Positions 1 through 9,521 of a stretch of 64,000 bases of DNA are shown in pieces; position 1 is the first letter of the stretch; the number at the start of each line of letters is the position of its first letter. The stretch is taken from assembly GCA_963667175.2 (NCBI GenBank), contig CAXXXF010000016.1:320001-384000 (forward strand). Direction: 5' to 3'. The DNA is from Candidatus Latescibacterota bacterium. Its GTDB lineage: Bacteria; Latescibacterota; UBA2968; GCA-2709665. The translations under genes were made by a program, and so were the position numbers. The notes beneath the pieces were generated by a model. It ran no database searches. It saw only the letters and a list, made by a program, of their open reading frames with translations, and had not been told where the DNA came from.

Positions 1-1
1 C

Positions 2-511
2 GATCTCATGCAGACCAGCGCGGAACACGTCTTCGCCGCCGGCGACTGCGTGGGTCCTTACGAAATCGTACATATCGCCGTGTTGCAGGGTGAGATCTGT
101 GGTCATAATGCCGTAGCGGACGTGCCCGACAAGAGGATCGACTATCGTCTGCGGACGTCGGTTGTCTTCACTGATCCGCAGGTGGCCTCGGTCGGACCGA
201 CCGAAAGAGAATGCCGGAGCGCGGGCATTGTTTATCTGTCGGCAGAATATCCGTTCAGCGATCATGGCAAATCGCTTGTGATGGGAGAAACGCACGGCGC
301 CGTGAAGCTCCTCTGCCATCCCCAAAGCGGCGAACTCATCGCCGGTCATATCACAGGCCCGGACGCTTCCGAACTTATCCATGAACTCGCCGCGGTAATC
401 TACTACCGGGGCACCGTCTTCGATCTCCTCGAAATTCCACACTACCATCCTACGCTCGCCGAGATCATCACCTACCCTGCCGAAGAACTCGCCGGCATCC
501 TGACCCGCTAG
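2..511 (+). CDS. Pyridine nucleotide-disulfide oxidoreductase (dihydrolipoamide dehydrogenase family), C-terminal part; 5' end is outside the window
   Basis: FAAGDC, VVFTDPQVASVG and C-terminal HYHPTLAE dimerisation-domain motifs; frame is open to the window edge. Confidence 0.85.
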   Translation, partial: DLMQTSAEHVFAAGDCVGPYEIVHIAVLQGEICGHNAVADVPDKRIDYRLRTSVVFTDPQVASVGPTERECRSAGIVYLSAEYPFSDHGKSLVMGETHGAVKLLCHPQSGELIAGHITGPDASELIHELAAVIYYRGTVFDLLEIPHYHPTLAEIITYPAEELAGILTR

Positions 512-519
512 CCGAACCG

Positions 520-1884
520 TCACCCTTGCCCGTCACGGCGGCGCCCCGGTTCGTTCAGGCGGTGCACGAAGAATACGGTCATGGGCACGAACGCCAGGGC
601 GATCCAGAACATGGGCCGATACGAAATCCACGCCACGAGCAAACCGGCCAGCACCGGCAGAAACCCCTGAGGCAATGCAAACATGTTCAGAAAGCTGGTA
701 TACGTGGGACGACGGTTTTCCGGCGCGAGTTCCAGCACATAGGCCATACGGCCGTTAAACATCGCGCTGCTGGCGAACCCTGAAAACACAAACGTAAGAG
801 AAAAAAACATGACTTGCGGATTCAACGACCACGCAACGCCCCAGTTCGCCAGAGGCGCGACGTCGATCGACGGCACGTACCTGGCCAGCAGGGGCACGGC
901 GACGGACAGCGCCATCAGATAGGACCCGTACACCAGCAACGTACGGTTGCCGCTCCGATGCCCTACGTGCGCCCAGAGGGCATTCGACAGCACGGTGCTG
1001 ATCTGCATGACCGTCACAAAAACGCCGACGTAGACCAGCCCCTGGCCCAGGTCGGTGATCGCGTAGGGAACATAGAATGGCGCGCCCATCATCATAAAGG
1101 ACCACAGGACCTGCATCCCGCACAACCGACGGTAATTGACATCGTTCCTGAGCAGCCGTATCCCGCTGCTCAGATAGCTGGAGAGCGGCTGCCGGAGATA
1201 CCGCACCGGGCCCACCGGTTCCCGAATTCTGCTGAATACGAACACCGAGAGCGCGTTTCCGAGACCCGCCAGCAGAAACAACGCCGCATAGTTCGATGGA
1301 AACGGAATCCCGGCCTGCTCGCTGAGCACGTACGAAATCAGTCCCCCCGCCGCCATGGCCGTGATGCCCCCGCAAAGCCGACGTACGGCGAACAGACGCG
1401 ACCGGTCGCCCGGCGGGACGACCTTTGCGACGATATCCATCCAGGGGACGTTCCATATACCCATCATGGACGTGGATACCGCATAGAGGACCATGAAACA
1501 GGAAAGAAAATAAAAGGGCTGACGACCTCCCATCAGGTACGTCAGCCCTGCAATCACCATCCAGACGGTACTGCGCATCCCGCCTGCCAGTAGCAGAAAG
1601 GGCATTTTGCGTTTTTTGATTTCGATAATCCGGGAAATGAACACCTGAGGCCATGCCCACCCGATCCGCATCAGGGCCCCGGCCAGTCCGATGGCAACGC
1701 TCGAGGATGTCAGCGACTGAACGAAAGCCGGAAGCACCATATCCGAACTGGCGAGTGTCATCGACATGAAGACCAGGCCGCCGTTCAGAATCAGGAGCCG
1801 GCTGTTCCGGCGCACCTCCGCGGGGTCCGTTTCTCCGGACTCGGCCGCCGCCCGCCTCCAGTGCGCAGATGAGAATTCTCTCAT
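520..1884 (-). CDS. MFS transporter
   Basis: About 12 hydrophobic segments; MFS-type loops (SNALWAHVGHRSGNR, ELAPENRRPTY). Confidence 0.85.
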   Translation of the reverse strand: MREFSSAHWRRAAAESGETDPAEVRRNSRLLILNGGLVFMSMTLASSDMVLPAFVQSLTSSSVAIGLAGALMRIGWAWPQVFISRIIEIKKRKMPFLLLAGGMRSTVWMVIAGLTYLMGGRQPFYFLSCFMVLYAVSTSMMGIWNVPWMDIVAKVVPPGDRSRLFAVRRLCGGITAMAAGGLISYVLSEQAGIPFPSNYAALFLLAGLGNALSVFVFSRIREPVGPVRYLRQPLSSYLSSGIRLLRNDVNYRRLCGMQVLWSFMMMGAPFYVPYAITDLGQGLVYVGVFVTVMQISTVLSNALWAHVGHRSGNRTLLVYGSYLMALSVAVPLLARYVPSIDVAPLANWGVAWSLNPQVMFFSLTFVFSGFASSAMFNGRMAYVLELAPENRRPTYTSFLNMFALPQGFLPVLAGLLVAWISYRPMFWIALAFVPMTVFFVHRLNEPGRRRDGQG

Positions 1885-1971
1885 TCCGGTTGCTTCCGTT
1901 CCTCAGGCGCCCGGGAGCCGGGCAGGTCCCCCTCTTCTGTAATGACTCGCGGCGGCGCGCCGCGGGACGTC

Positions 1972-3600
1972 TCATATTCCAATCGCGTAGCCGTCCCGTC
2001 TCGGGTCCGCCCCCCCCATCAGTGCGCCGCTTTCCGGGTCTACGGCAATTCCCTGCGCCCCGCCGGTTACGTGCGAATACGCACCGACAACGTCAATCTG
2101 ATGTCCGCGGCGAATCAGGCCGGCCCGGATTTCTTCAGGCACGCGGGACTCCATATAGACGCGGGTACCGGCGTGTTGAAAGCGGAACCGGGGCGCCTCG
2201 ATCGCCGCCTGAACGTTCATTCCGTAGTCCAGGAGATTCGTCGTGAACTGCGTGGTCGTCTGTTGAATTCCCCAGCTTCCCGGCGTACCAAGTGCCGCCA
2301 CGAGCCTGCTGTCTTTGAACACCTGACATGGCGAAAGACACATATCGATTTTCTTATGCGGCTCGATGCAATTGGGGCTTCCGGGCACCGTATCCGCCCA
2401 TTTGATGAAGTTGTTCAGGAACATCCCCGTGTTTCCGATGATTTCCCCGGACCCGAACCCGGATCCCAGACTCTGCGTTACCGCCACCGCGTTTCCCGCC
2501 GCGTCGGCAACGTCGAAGTGGGTCGTGCATTCGTGAAGCCAGTCGCCCGGCTGTCCCGGGGCAATTTCACCGGGAAGACCGACCGCCGCGAAATATTCAC
2601 CACGGTTTACCGTGGCCCGTTCGCCGATAAGCCCCCTGCGTTCATTCGCATATGCCTTTGAAAGCAGTCCGTCCGCAGGCGCTTCCGACGCCGCCGCGAA
2701 AGCCACCCGATCGGCATTGCCCAGCTTCAGGATCTCGATAAAGAGATGGAGCGCCTCCTCCGAATGATGGCCCAAATCCTTCAGATCGTAGCCCTCCAGC
2801 ATATTCAACGCCTGCAGGATGTGAAATCCTGCGCTTGGCAGCGGCGGGCAGAACACCCGGAATTCGCGGTAGGGTGTTGAAATGGCGTCCTCCCATGCAA
2901 CCTCGAAATCCGCGAGGTCTCTCGCGGAGAGTAGTCCGCCCCCGCCCTGCACGTATCCGGCAATTTCCGATCCGAGATCTCCGCCGTAGAACGCCTCCGC
3001 GCCGCCTTCCACCACCCTCCTCAGTGTGCGGGCCAGATCGTTCTGGATCAGGATATCCCCCGCACGAGGCGCCCGTCCACGACTCAGTATCACCTCGGCG
3101 CCCGTAGGCCGCATTCGGGGCACGGCGTCGTCGATGAATCCGGCATTCTTGACCGTCGCCGCGAATCCGTTTTCCGCCAGTTCGATTGCCGGGCCGAACA
3201 CGGTCGCCCGGTCCATCGTACCGTATTTTTCGAGAATCTCGAGCCAGCCTCCACAGGCGCCCGGAACCAGGCAGGACATAACGCCGCCTTCCTGAAAATC
3301 CGGTGACGCGAAGGCCTCGGAGGTGGCGTCGTGAGGGGTGCGCCCGCAGTAATCCAGGACGCGCACGCGGTCTTCCGCGGCGGAATAGATAAGCGCGTAT
3401 CCAACCCCTGCGATACCCGACATATAGGGTTCGACGACATTCAGCGCCGCCGCGACAGCAACCGCGGCGTCGAATGCATTGCCATGTTCAAGGAGCATGC
3501 GAATTCCGGCCAGGCTCGCCAGGGGATGTGCGCTGGCAACCATTCCCCGGGTGCCCGTCACCGTGGGCCGATGTACCGTTCCGGCAGATGCAAACGCCAT
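1972..3600 (-). CDS. ggt: Gamma-glutamyltransferase family (Ntn hydrolase), no signal peptide
   Basis: GMVASAHPLA, GNAFDAAVA, nucleophile motif TTHF..D..GNAVAVTQS, C-terminal GGADPRRDG. Confidence 0.9.
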   Translation of the reverse strand: MAFASAGTVHRPTVTGTRGMVASAHPLASLAGIRMLLEHGNAFDAAVAVAAALNVVEPYMSGIAGVGYALIYSAAEDRVRVLDYCGRTPHDATSEAFASPDFQEGGVMSCLVPGACGGWLEILEKYGTMDRATVFGPAIELAENGFAATVKNAGFIDDAVPRMRPTGAEVILSRGRAPRAGDILIQNDLARTLRRVVEGGAEAFYGGDLGSEIAGYVQGGGGLLSARDLADFEVAWEDAISTPYREFRVFCPPLPSAGFHILQALNMLEGYDLKDLGHHSEEALHLFIEILKLGNADRVAFAAASEAPADGLLSKAYANERRGLIGERATVNRGEYFAAVGLPGEIAPGQPGDWLHECTTHFDVADAAGNAVAVTQSLGSGFGSGEIIGNTGMFLNNFIKWADTVPGSPNCIEPHKKIDMCLSPCQVFKDSRLVAALGTPGSWGIQQTTTQFTTNLLDYGMNVQAAIEAPRFRFQHAGTRVYMESRVPEEIRAGLIRRGHQIDVVGAYSHVTGGAQGIAVDPESGALMGGADPRRDGYAIGI

Positions 3601-3940
3601 GGATTCAGTTCCTTAACCAGAATGCCCCCGGCTCGGGATCAGCGGGGGGCCTGTGGCACCGTTGCCGTTGTCATGCCCAAAAGGACGTCTGCAGTTGATT
3701 TCATCTCCCGGCAATCCGAATGGATTCCGAATCCCGCCAGGGTAAGGGATCGGGTACTTCGACGTCTCCCGTGTACGCGGAAGATAGGCTATGGCGAATG
3801 GCAAGTCAATGCCCGTTTCCCTCGCCCGTTTGGGTTCGTCAGCCACGTTTCTGCTTGACAACGCAGGTCGATCATGGCTTTTTATACGACTTCTGAATGA
3901 CCGCCCCTGCCAGCGTTTCAATTTTCCGGACAGACCCGCC

Positions 3941-4972
3941 ATGAATCGAGGATTTCCCATCATACCGACCAGCGTGATCGGAAGCTACGCGCTGCCAGGC
4001 TGGTTCTGGACAGCCGTGGACCAGATCGAAAAAGGCGAGTACGGCCCCACCGACGCTCGAGAGACCTATGAGGACGCCACCCACCTCGCGCTGCTGGATC
4101 AGAAAAGAGCGGGCGTGGACCTGATTACTGACGGCGAGATGCGGCGCTGGTTTTTCATCCAGAACTTCTACCGCCGGTTCAGCGGCCTTGCGTCACGACC
4201 CACGTTACGGCGCACGGGCGTTTACGGATACGACAGCGTCCCGCGTTGGTGGCCGGAAGAACGCATCAGCGTGCCCGATGGTCTTGGAATTGTCGAGGAG
4301 TTTCAATTCGCAAGGTCGGTTACCGATCATCCGTTAAAGGCCACCTGCCCGGGACCATTGACGCTTACCATACACATCCAGCTGAAAGACGACCACGTCT
4401 ACAAGGACCGGATCGAACTCGCGTACGAGTTCGCGGGCGTGGTAAACCATGAATTGAAGCGCCTCGCCGCGGCCGGGGCAGAATTCATCCAGCTGGACGA
4501 ACCCTCGTTTTCCATTGTGCCCGGAGACGCCGGCAGCTGGATCGACCTGTTCAATGAGACCGTAAAGGGCGTTGACGCGAAGATCGGTCTGCACATCTGT
4601 TTCGGTAACCTCGGCAGCCGCCCGCGGGGCAAACGCCGGTACGACTGGTTGTTGGACGACATCCAGCGGGCCGATGCGCAACAGATTTCGCTGGAATTCG
4701 CCAATCGCGAACTCGCGGAACTGGAACTCTGCGGGGAAATTGCGAAGGAGAAAGAGGTCGCGGCAGGGCTGGTCGACGTGAAGTCATTCTACGTTGAAAC
4801 CCCCAACGACGTCGCTGAGAGGGTGCGGCTGGCGCTTCGGCACGTCCCGCCCGAAAAACTCACGGTAACGCCCGACTGCGGTTTTTTTCAGCTTCCCAGG
4901 TGGCTGGCCTTTCAGAAACTCCGCAATATGGTCACGGGCGTGAAGATTGTTCGCGGGGAATTGACAGGATAG
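3941..4972 (+). CDS. Cobalamin-independent methionine synthase II family protein (catalytic 'core' domain only)
   Basis: TSVIGSY, ITDGEMRR, IQLDEP and Zn ligands HIC..E..PDCG; about 343 aa, lacking the N-terminal MetE half; ATG at 3941 chosen as start. Confidence 0.85.
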   Translation: MNRGFPIIPTSVIGSYALPGWFWTAVDQIEKGEYGPTDARETYEDATHLALLDQKRAGVDLITDGEMRRWFFIQNFYRRFSGLASRPTLRRTGVYGYDSVPRWWPEERISVPDGLGIVEEFQFARSVTDHPLKATCPGPLTLTIHIQLKDDHVYKDRIELAYEFAGVVNHELKRLAAAGAEFIQLDEPSFSIVPGDAGSWIDLFNETVKGVDAKIGLHICFGNLGSRPRGKRRYDWLLDDIQRADAQQISLEFANRELAELELCGEIAKEKEVAAGLVDVKSFYVETPNDVAERVRLALRHVPPEKLTVTPDCGFFQLPRWLAFQKLRNMVTGVKIVRGELTG

Positions 4973-5068
4973 GCATTCCTGACGGAATACAAAGACCCCT
5001 GCGGTGGCCAACCTCCCGTGCTTTCTGAAATACTCATTCCAACGGGGGAACTCGTAGAGGAACCCAAT

Positions 5069-6193
5069 ATGGACGTCGTCGAAATCACGGCCGACCTGGT
5101 TTCATACAACTCTGCCAGCCAGAACAGCAACACACCGGTGTCCGAGGCTATTGCCAGATGGCTGCACAGGGCCGGAATGTCGGTCGAGCGCGTCGATTAC
5201 ACCGATCCGGACGGCACGCCAAAGACAAACGTCGTGGGGAAGAAAGGCAAGGGTCAGGGAGGCCTCGCCCTTCTCGCCCATTCAGACGTGGTTCCCGCCG
5301 AAGGATGGGCTTCCGATCCGTTCAAGCTCAGGCCCGGACAGGGCAGACTCTACGGACGAGGCAGTGCCGACATGAAGGGGTCCGTCGCCTGTATGATTGG
5401 AGCTGCCAACGCATTCACCGAGCAGGAGCTCAAGCTGCCGGTCTACGTGATTGTCACCGCCGACGAAGAGACCGACTGCGGCGGCGCCAGAGCCGTCGCG
5501 CTGAGATCGAAAACGCTCAAATCGTCCAAAGTCAGGTATGGTATCGTCGGCGAGCCCACGCTCCTGGACGTGGTTCACGCCCACAAAGGCTCGCTCAAAT
5601 TCGAAGCCACGGCAAAAGGAAAGGCGGCTCACAGCAGCACCGGCAAGGGCGTGAACGCCAACCATATTCTCATCCCGTTTCTGAACGACGTCGTCAGGCT
5701 CGAGGAATCGCTGCGTACTGACCCGCGATATCGGAACGAAGCGTTCGATCCACCTCACGGGACGTTGAATGTCGTCGTTTCGGACGGGGATACGGCGGCG
5801 AATGTCACGGCGCCGGTCAGCAGCGCCACCATCAACTGCCGACCCATGCCGGGCCAGAACTGGAAGCCGGTTATCGACCGCGTGACGCGGATGGCCGAGG
5901 AACACGGCGTCAAGATCAAGCTGCCGAAGACCCTGGACCCACTCAGCACCCGGTTGGATTCTCCCATTGTGCGGGAAGCGCTGCGAATCACCGGAAAGAG
6001 AAAACCCAGGACAGTCGCATACGGAACCGACGGCATGGTATTCGGCAAGTCGATGGAACTGGTGGTCATGGGGCCAGGCAGCATCCAGCAGGCACACACC
6101 GTGGATGAGTGGATCGCCAGGGATCAACTTCAAAAAGGTCTGGACGTATTTACGAAAATGGTACATCGTTTCTGCATCGAAAACCCCGCCTGA
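5069..6193 (+). CDS. M20 family metallopeptidase, acetylornithine deacetylase (ArgE)-like
   Basis: HSDVVP, GRGSADMKG, DEE, GEPT, AYGTDG, QAHTVDE; GAGG upstream of ATG 5069. Confidence 0.85.
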   Translation: MDVVEITADLVSYNSASQNSNTPVSEAIARWLHRAGMSVERVDYTDPDGTPKTNVVGKKGKGQGGLALLAHSDVVPAEGWASDPFKLRPGQGRLYGRGSADMKGSVACMIGAANAFTEQELKLPVYVIVTADEETDCGGARAVALRSKTLKSSKVRYGIVGEPTLLDVVHAHKGSLKFEATAKGKAAHSSTGKGVNANHILIPFLNDVVRLEESLRTDPRYRNEAFDPPHGTLNVVVSDGDTAANVTAPVSSATINCRPMPGQNWKPVIDRVTRMAEEHGVKIKLPKTLDPLSTRLDSPIVREALRITGKRKPRTVAYGTDGMVFGKSMELVVMGPGSIQQAHTVDEWIARDQLQKGLDVFTKMVHRFCIENPA

Positions 6194-6316
6194 CGTTCAT
6201 TGCGACACGTGGAAGACCGGGAACGACACATATCCCCGGTCCGTTAGGCAGGTAGGTTTCGGTCTTTACGTCGAAACGGAGACCGTTTCTCTCGACCGAG
6301 GCGAGGAGGACATTGG

Positions 6317-6877
6317 ATGTTCAAGACCCTGACCCGCGCTCTGCTCATCGGATCGACAATGACCCTGACCTTCGGTTGCGCGGACGAGAATCTGTACCAG
6401 TTCGGATTGCGAGGCAAGTGGCGACTGGAAACGCGGCAGCTACCAGACGGGACAGTACTCGCGCCGCCCTCCGTGGGCGGGCACTACGAGTGGTATCCTA
6501 CGGGTAAGACAACGGCACACGTCACCGCTTCAATTTCGCTCGGCGAGGACCAGATTCTGGTTTCCGGATATTTGTACAGTTTTCAATCGGAAGACGTGGT
6601 GGCACAACCCTTTACGCGCCGGGAATACCTGAACATCGGCGGCGGGTACGGAGCGTCGCCCGGAAAGACACATGGATCGTCGGACGTTTCGACGGCCGGC
6701 CAGGTCGTTACGAGTGGCAGCCGCGTTACCCTTGAACTCGCGAATGGTCCCGCGCAGATTTACGAAGACATCAGCGCCGAGGGATTCGACAGCGTCTTCT
6801 TTAAAGTCAGGTTCGAAGACGGCACGATCGACACATGGCGACGCTTTGCGGACCAGCCGGGCGTTCTGCCGAAGTGA
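6317..6877 (+). CDS. Hypothetical lipoprotein (possibly lipocalin-like)
   Basis: GAGGAGG RBS; signal peptide with TFGC lipobox; GKWRL (GxW) near the mature N-terminus. Confidence 0.65.
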   Translation: MFKTLTRALLIGSTMTLTFGCADENLYQFGLRGKWRLETRQLPDGTVLAPPSVGGHYEWYPTGKTTAHVTASISLGEDQILVSGYLYSFQSEDVVAQPFTRREYLNIGGGYGASPGKTHGSSDVSTAGQVVTSGSRVTLELANGPAQIYEDISAEGFDSVFFKVRFEDGTIDTWRRFADQPGVLPK

Positions 6878-6908
6878 TTCCGCCATATAGCCTGACCGAT
6901 CAGACACT

Positions 6909-6951
6909 TCAGGGGCGCGGTGACTGTTTCCGCGCCCCTGAGGCTTTTTTT
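6909..6951 (+). terminator. Intrinsic terminator
   Basis: 12-bp stem TCAGGGGCGCGG/CCGCGCCCCTGA, 9-nt loop, then GGC and a T7 tract. Confidence 0.8.
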
Positions 6952-6965
6952 GAGACGAGGCTGAG

Positions 6966-8507
6966 ATGGACGGGATGTTGCTGGGAAATATCCTTCTCAG
7001 AAACGCTCGCGATCCCGGACTGAGCCGAAAGACGGCCATCGTCTTCGGCGACCGTGCGCTGACGTACGGCGAACTGAACGAGGAGAGCAATCGCGTTGCC
7101 AACGGCCTTCTTGACCGTGGCGTCCGGAAAGGCGATCGAATCGGGATGCTAAGCAGGAATTCCGAGGTCTACGTGATCGTGTACTTCGCACTGGCCAAGC
7201 TTGGCGCCATTATGGTCCCGGTCAATTTCTGGTATCGCAGCCGGGAAATCCGGTATACGCTTCGTCAGTCCGGCGCCCGCGGCCTCATCTATCAGAACCG
7301 CTTCTCGGACGTTGTCGCAGGGGTCGGGGACCTGACCGGACTGGAATGGACGCTCACCATCGGCGACAGTCGCGGCAATCGTCTGGAGGACGTGGCCGCC
7401 GGATCCCCGTCAGACGAGCCCGGAATCGAACTCGATGAGAACGATCCGCATATCATTCTCTACACGAGTGGCACGACGGGGTTTCCCAAAGGAGCGGTTT
7501 TCTCGCACAAGAGCCATTTCCTCCAAGCCCTCTCTCTCGCCATGTCGACGGGAGGCAACGGTGACGACGTCGGCCTCGTCGTCTACCCGCTCTTCCACAC
7601 CGGCGGACCGGACTGCCTGGTGCTTCCACATTTCCTGGCAGGCGCCTCCCTCGTCATTCTGGACGGCGCGGATCCCGACGCCATTCTTTCGGCCACCGCG
7701 TTGCACAGGGCAACCAACATTTTCTGCGTCCCGACGGTCTGGCGCTGGATCCTTGCACGCCAGCAGCTTCGAAACTACGACGTCACTTCGGTCCGGCGCT
7801 GCCTGGGGTCGTCGGATACATTCCCGACGGCGCTGCTCGAAGACATTATGGCCACGTTCGAATCCGACGTCTACGTTACGTACGGTCTTACCGAGGCAGG
7901 CTGCATCCTGACGGTCTGCCGCCTGACGGCAAACGACCCCGGCAAACTCGGTTCGGTGGGCCGCCCCATGCCCTCGGTCGAACTCAACGTTCTGGATTCA
8001 TCCGGCGATCCGGTAACTCCCGGGGAAGTGGGCGAGGTTGTCGCGAAGACGGCGTCTGCAATGCTTGAATACTGGAACATGCCGGCAAAAACAGCGGAGG
8101 CGCTGAGAGACGGCTGGCTGCACACCGGAGATCTGGGCAAAGTAGACAGCGACGGCTTTCTCTATCTGTCGGGCCGGGCGAAGGATTTGATCATCAGCGG
8201 TGGGGAGAATATCTACCCGCTGGAAATCGAACGACTGTTGAGAGAACATCCGCAAATACGCGATGCCGCCGTGGTTGGTATACCGGACAGGGAGTGGGGC
8301 GAGTCCGTGCTGGCGGCGGTTGTGCCGAGTGATGGCGCACGACTCACGCCCGGCGAGGTCGCCGCGTACGTTGGTGAACACCTGGCGGGATTCAAGAAAC
8401 CCAGATGGGTGGAAATCCTGGACGAACTCCCGGTAACGACTGCCACGGGGAAGGTGCGGAAAGCTGTATTGAGAGAACGGTTTCAACGGAAGGACGGCAC
8501 GGCGTGA
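6966..8507 (+). CDS. AMP-dependent acyl-CoA synthetase (long-chain fatty acid-CoA ligase family)
   Basis: YTSGTTGFPKG, YGLTE, GWLHTGDLG, IISGGENIYPLEIE, TGKV. Confidence 0.92.
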   Translation: MDGMLLGNILLRNARDPGLSRKTAIVFGDRALTYGELNEESNRVANGLLDRGVRKGDRIGMLSRNSEVYVIVYFALAKLGAIMVPVNFWYRSREIRYTLRQSGARGLIYQNRFSDVVAGVGDLTGLEWTLTIGDSRGNRLEDVAAGSPSDEPGIELDENDPHIILYTSGTTGFPKGAVFSHKSHFLQALSLAMSTGGNGDDVGLVVYPLFHTGGPDCLVLPHFLAGASLVILDGADPDAILSATALHRATNIFCVPTVWRWILARQQLRNYDVTSVRRCLGSSDTFPTALLEDIMATFESDVYVTYGLTEAGCILTVCRLTANDPGKLGSVGRPMPSVELNVLDSSGDPVTPGEVGEVVAKTASAMLEYWNMPAKTAEALRDGWLHTGDLGKVDSDGFLYLSGRAKDLIISGGENIYPLEIERLLREHPQIRDAAVVGIPDREWGESVLAAVVPSDGARLTPGEVAAYVGEHLAGFKKPRWVEILDELPVTTATGKVRKAVLRERFQRKDGTA

Positions 8508-8513
8508 GGCGTA

Positions 8514-9416
8514 TCAGCGATCCTGAGGGATCCTGGTACCGCTCAGATGTTCAGCGGCTTTGCAGACCGCGGAAAAATCCAGGCTGCCCGCGCCAAGACC
8601 GCTGGCGGCAGCGTACATCTGGTAAGCCGCCGCCCCGATCGGCATCGGCACGTTCAGTGCCTTTCCGAGATCCACGCCAATCGCCAGGTCTTTCTTCATC
8701 AAATCCAGCATAAATCCAGGATCGAAAGCATCCGCCAAAAGGAAGTCCGATACACGGATCTGAAACAACGTCGAGTTGGCCGAACTCACACTGATGACCT
8801 GGCGCATCACTTCAGGGTCGGCGCCTGCTCTGATACCGAGGATCAACCCCTCGGCGATGGCCGCCATGTTGATGCCGCCGATCAGCTGATTGACGATCTT
8901 TACGGTCTGTCCCACGCCCACGGACCCGACGTGGAAGATGTTTTCCTCGTTGCCCATCGCGTTGAACAACCCCCGGCACCGATCGAAGTCCTTCGCTTCT
9001 CCACCTGCGATGATCGTCAATGTGCCGTTGATCGCTCCCGTATCTCCCCCGCTCACGGGCGCATCCATCACCGCCACGTTCTTTGAACCTGCCTTCTCCG
9101 CAATCTCCCTGATCGTGAGTGGCGATATGGTACTCATATCCACGATGAGGCTGCCTTCGGATGCGCCCTGCAGCACGCCGTCGTCTCCGAGGACCACTTC
9201 CCGCACTTCCGGGTCCGCCGTAACGATCGTAATCACAATGTCGGTGGCTTCGGCCACGGCCGCGGGAGACTCGACCACACTCGCCCCCAACCCCTCCATT
9301 TCGGCAATGACTTCGGGCCGGCGCGCGTAGATTGTGAGATCGTACCCGGCCTTGATGAGATGAATCGCCATTGGCTTGCCCATGATGCCCAGTCCGATAA
9401 ACCCGACTTTCTCCAT
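8514..9416 (-). CDS. Beta-hydroxyacid dehydrogenase (2-hydroxy-3-oxopropionate reductase / 3-hydroxyisobutyrate dehydrogenase family)
   Basis: GFIGLGIMGKPMA, DAPVSGG, catalytic K in GQTVKIVNQ, KDL. Confidence 0.9.
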   Translation of the reverse strand: MEKVGFIGLGIMGKPMAIHLIKAGYDLTIYARRPEVIAEMEGLGASVVESPAAVAEATDIVITIVTADPEVREVVLGDDGVLQGASEGSLIVDMSTISPLTIREIAEKAGSKNVAVMDAPVSGGDTGAINGTLTIIAGGEAKDFDRCRGLFNAMGNEENIFHVGSVGVGQTVKIVNQLIGGINMAAIAEGLILGIRAGADPEVMRQVISVSSANSTLFQIRVSDFLLADAFDPGFMLDLMKKDLAIGVDLGKALNVPMPIGAAAYQMYAAASGLGAGSLDFSAVCKAAEHLSGTRIPQDR

Positions 9417-9521
9417 CTGAACCTCCTCTTGTTTTTATCTGCCAGGACCGCTGACCGGCGTCGGCGGACTCTCTGAAGAGATCCGGAAACGACGGGCTGA
9501 AGCGATACAGGCGCCTTCCGG

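Noticed and set aside
3601-3940. Possible SAM or cobalamin riboswitch upstream of the MetE-like gene or ggt (GGCAAC..GGTGCCA fragment on the minus strand)
   Set aside because: The remaining SAM-I and cobalamin consensus elements are not visible; an Rfam scan would be needed
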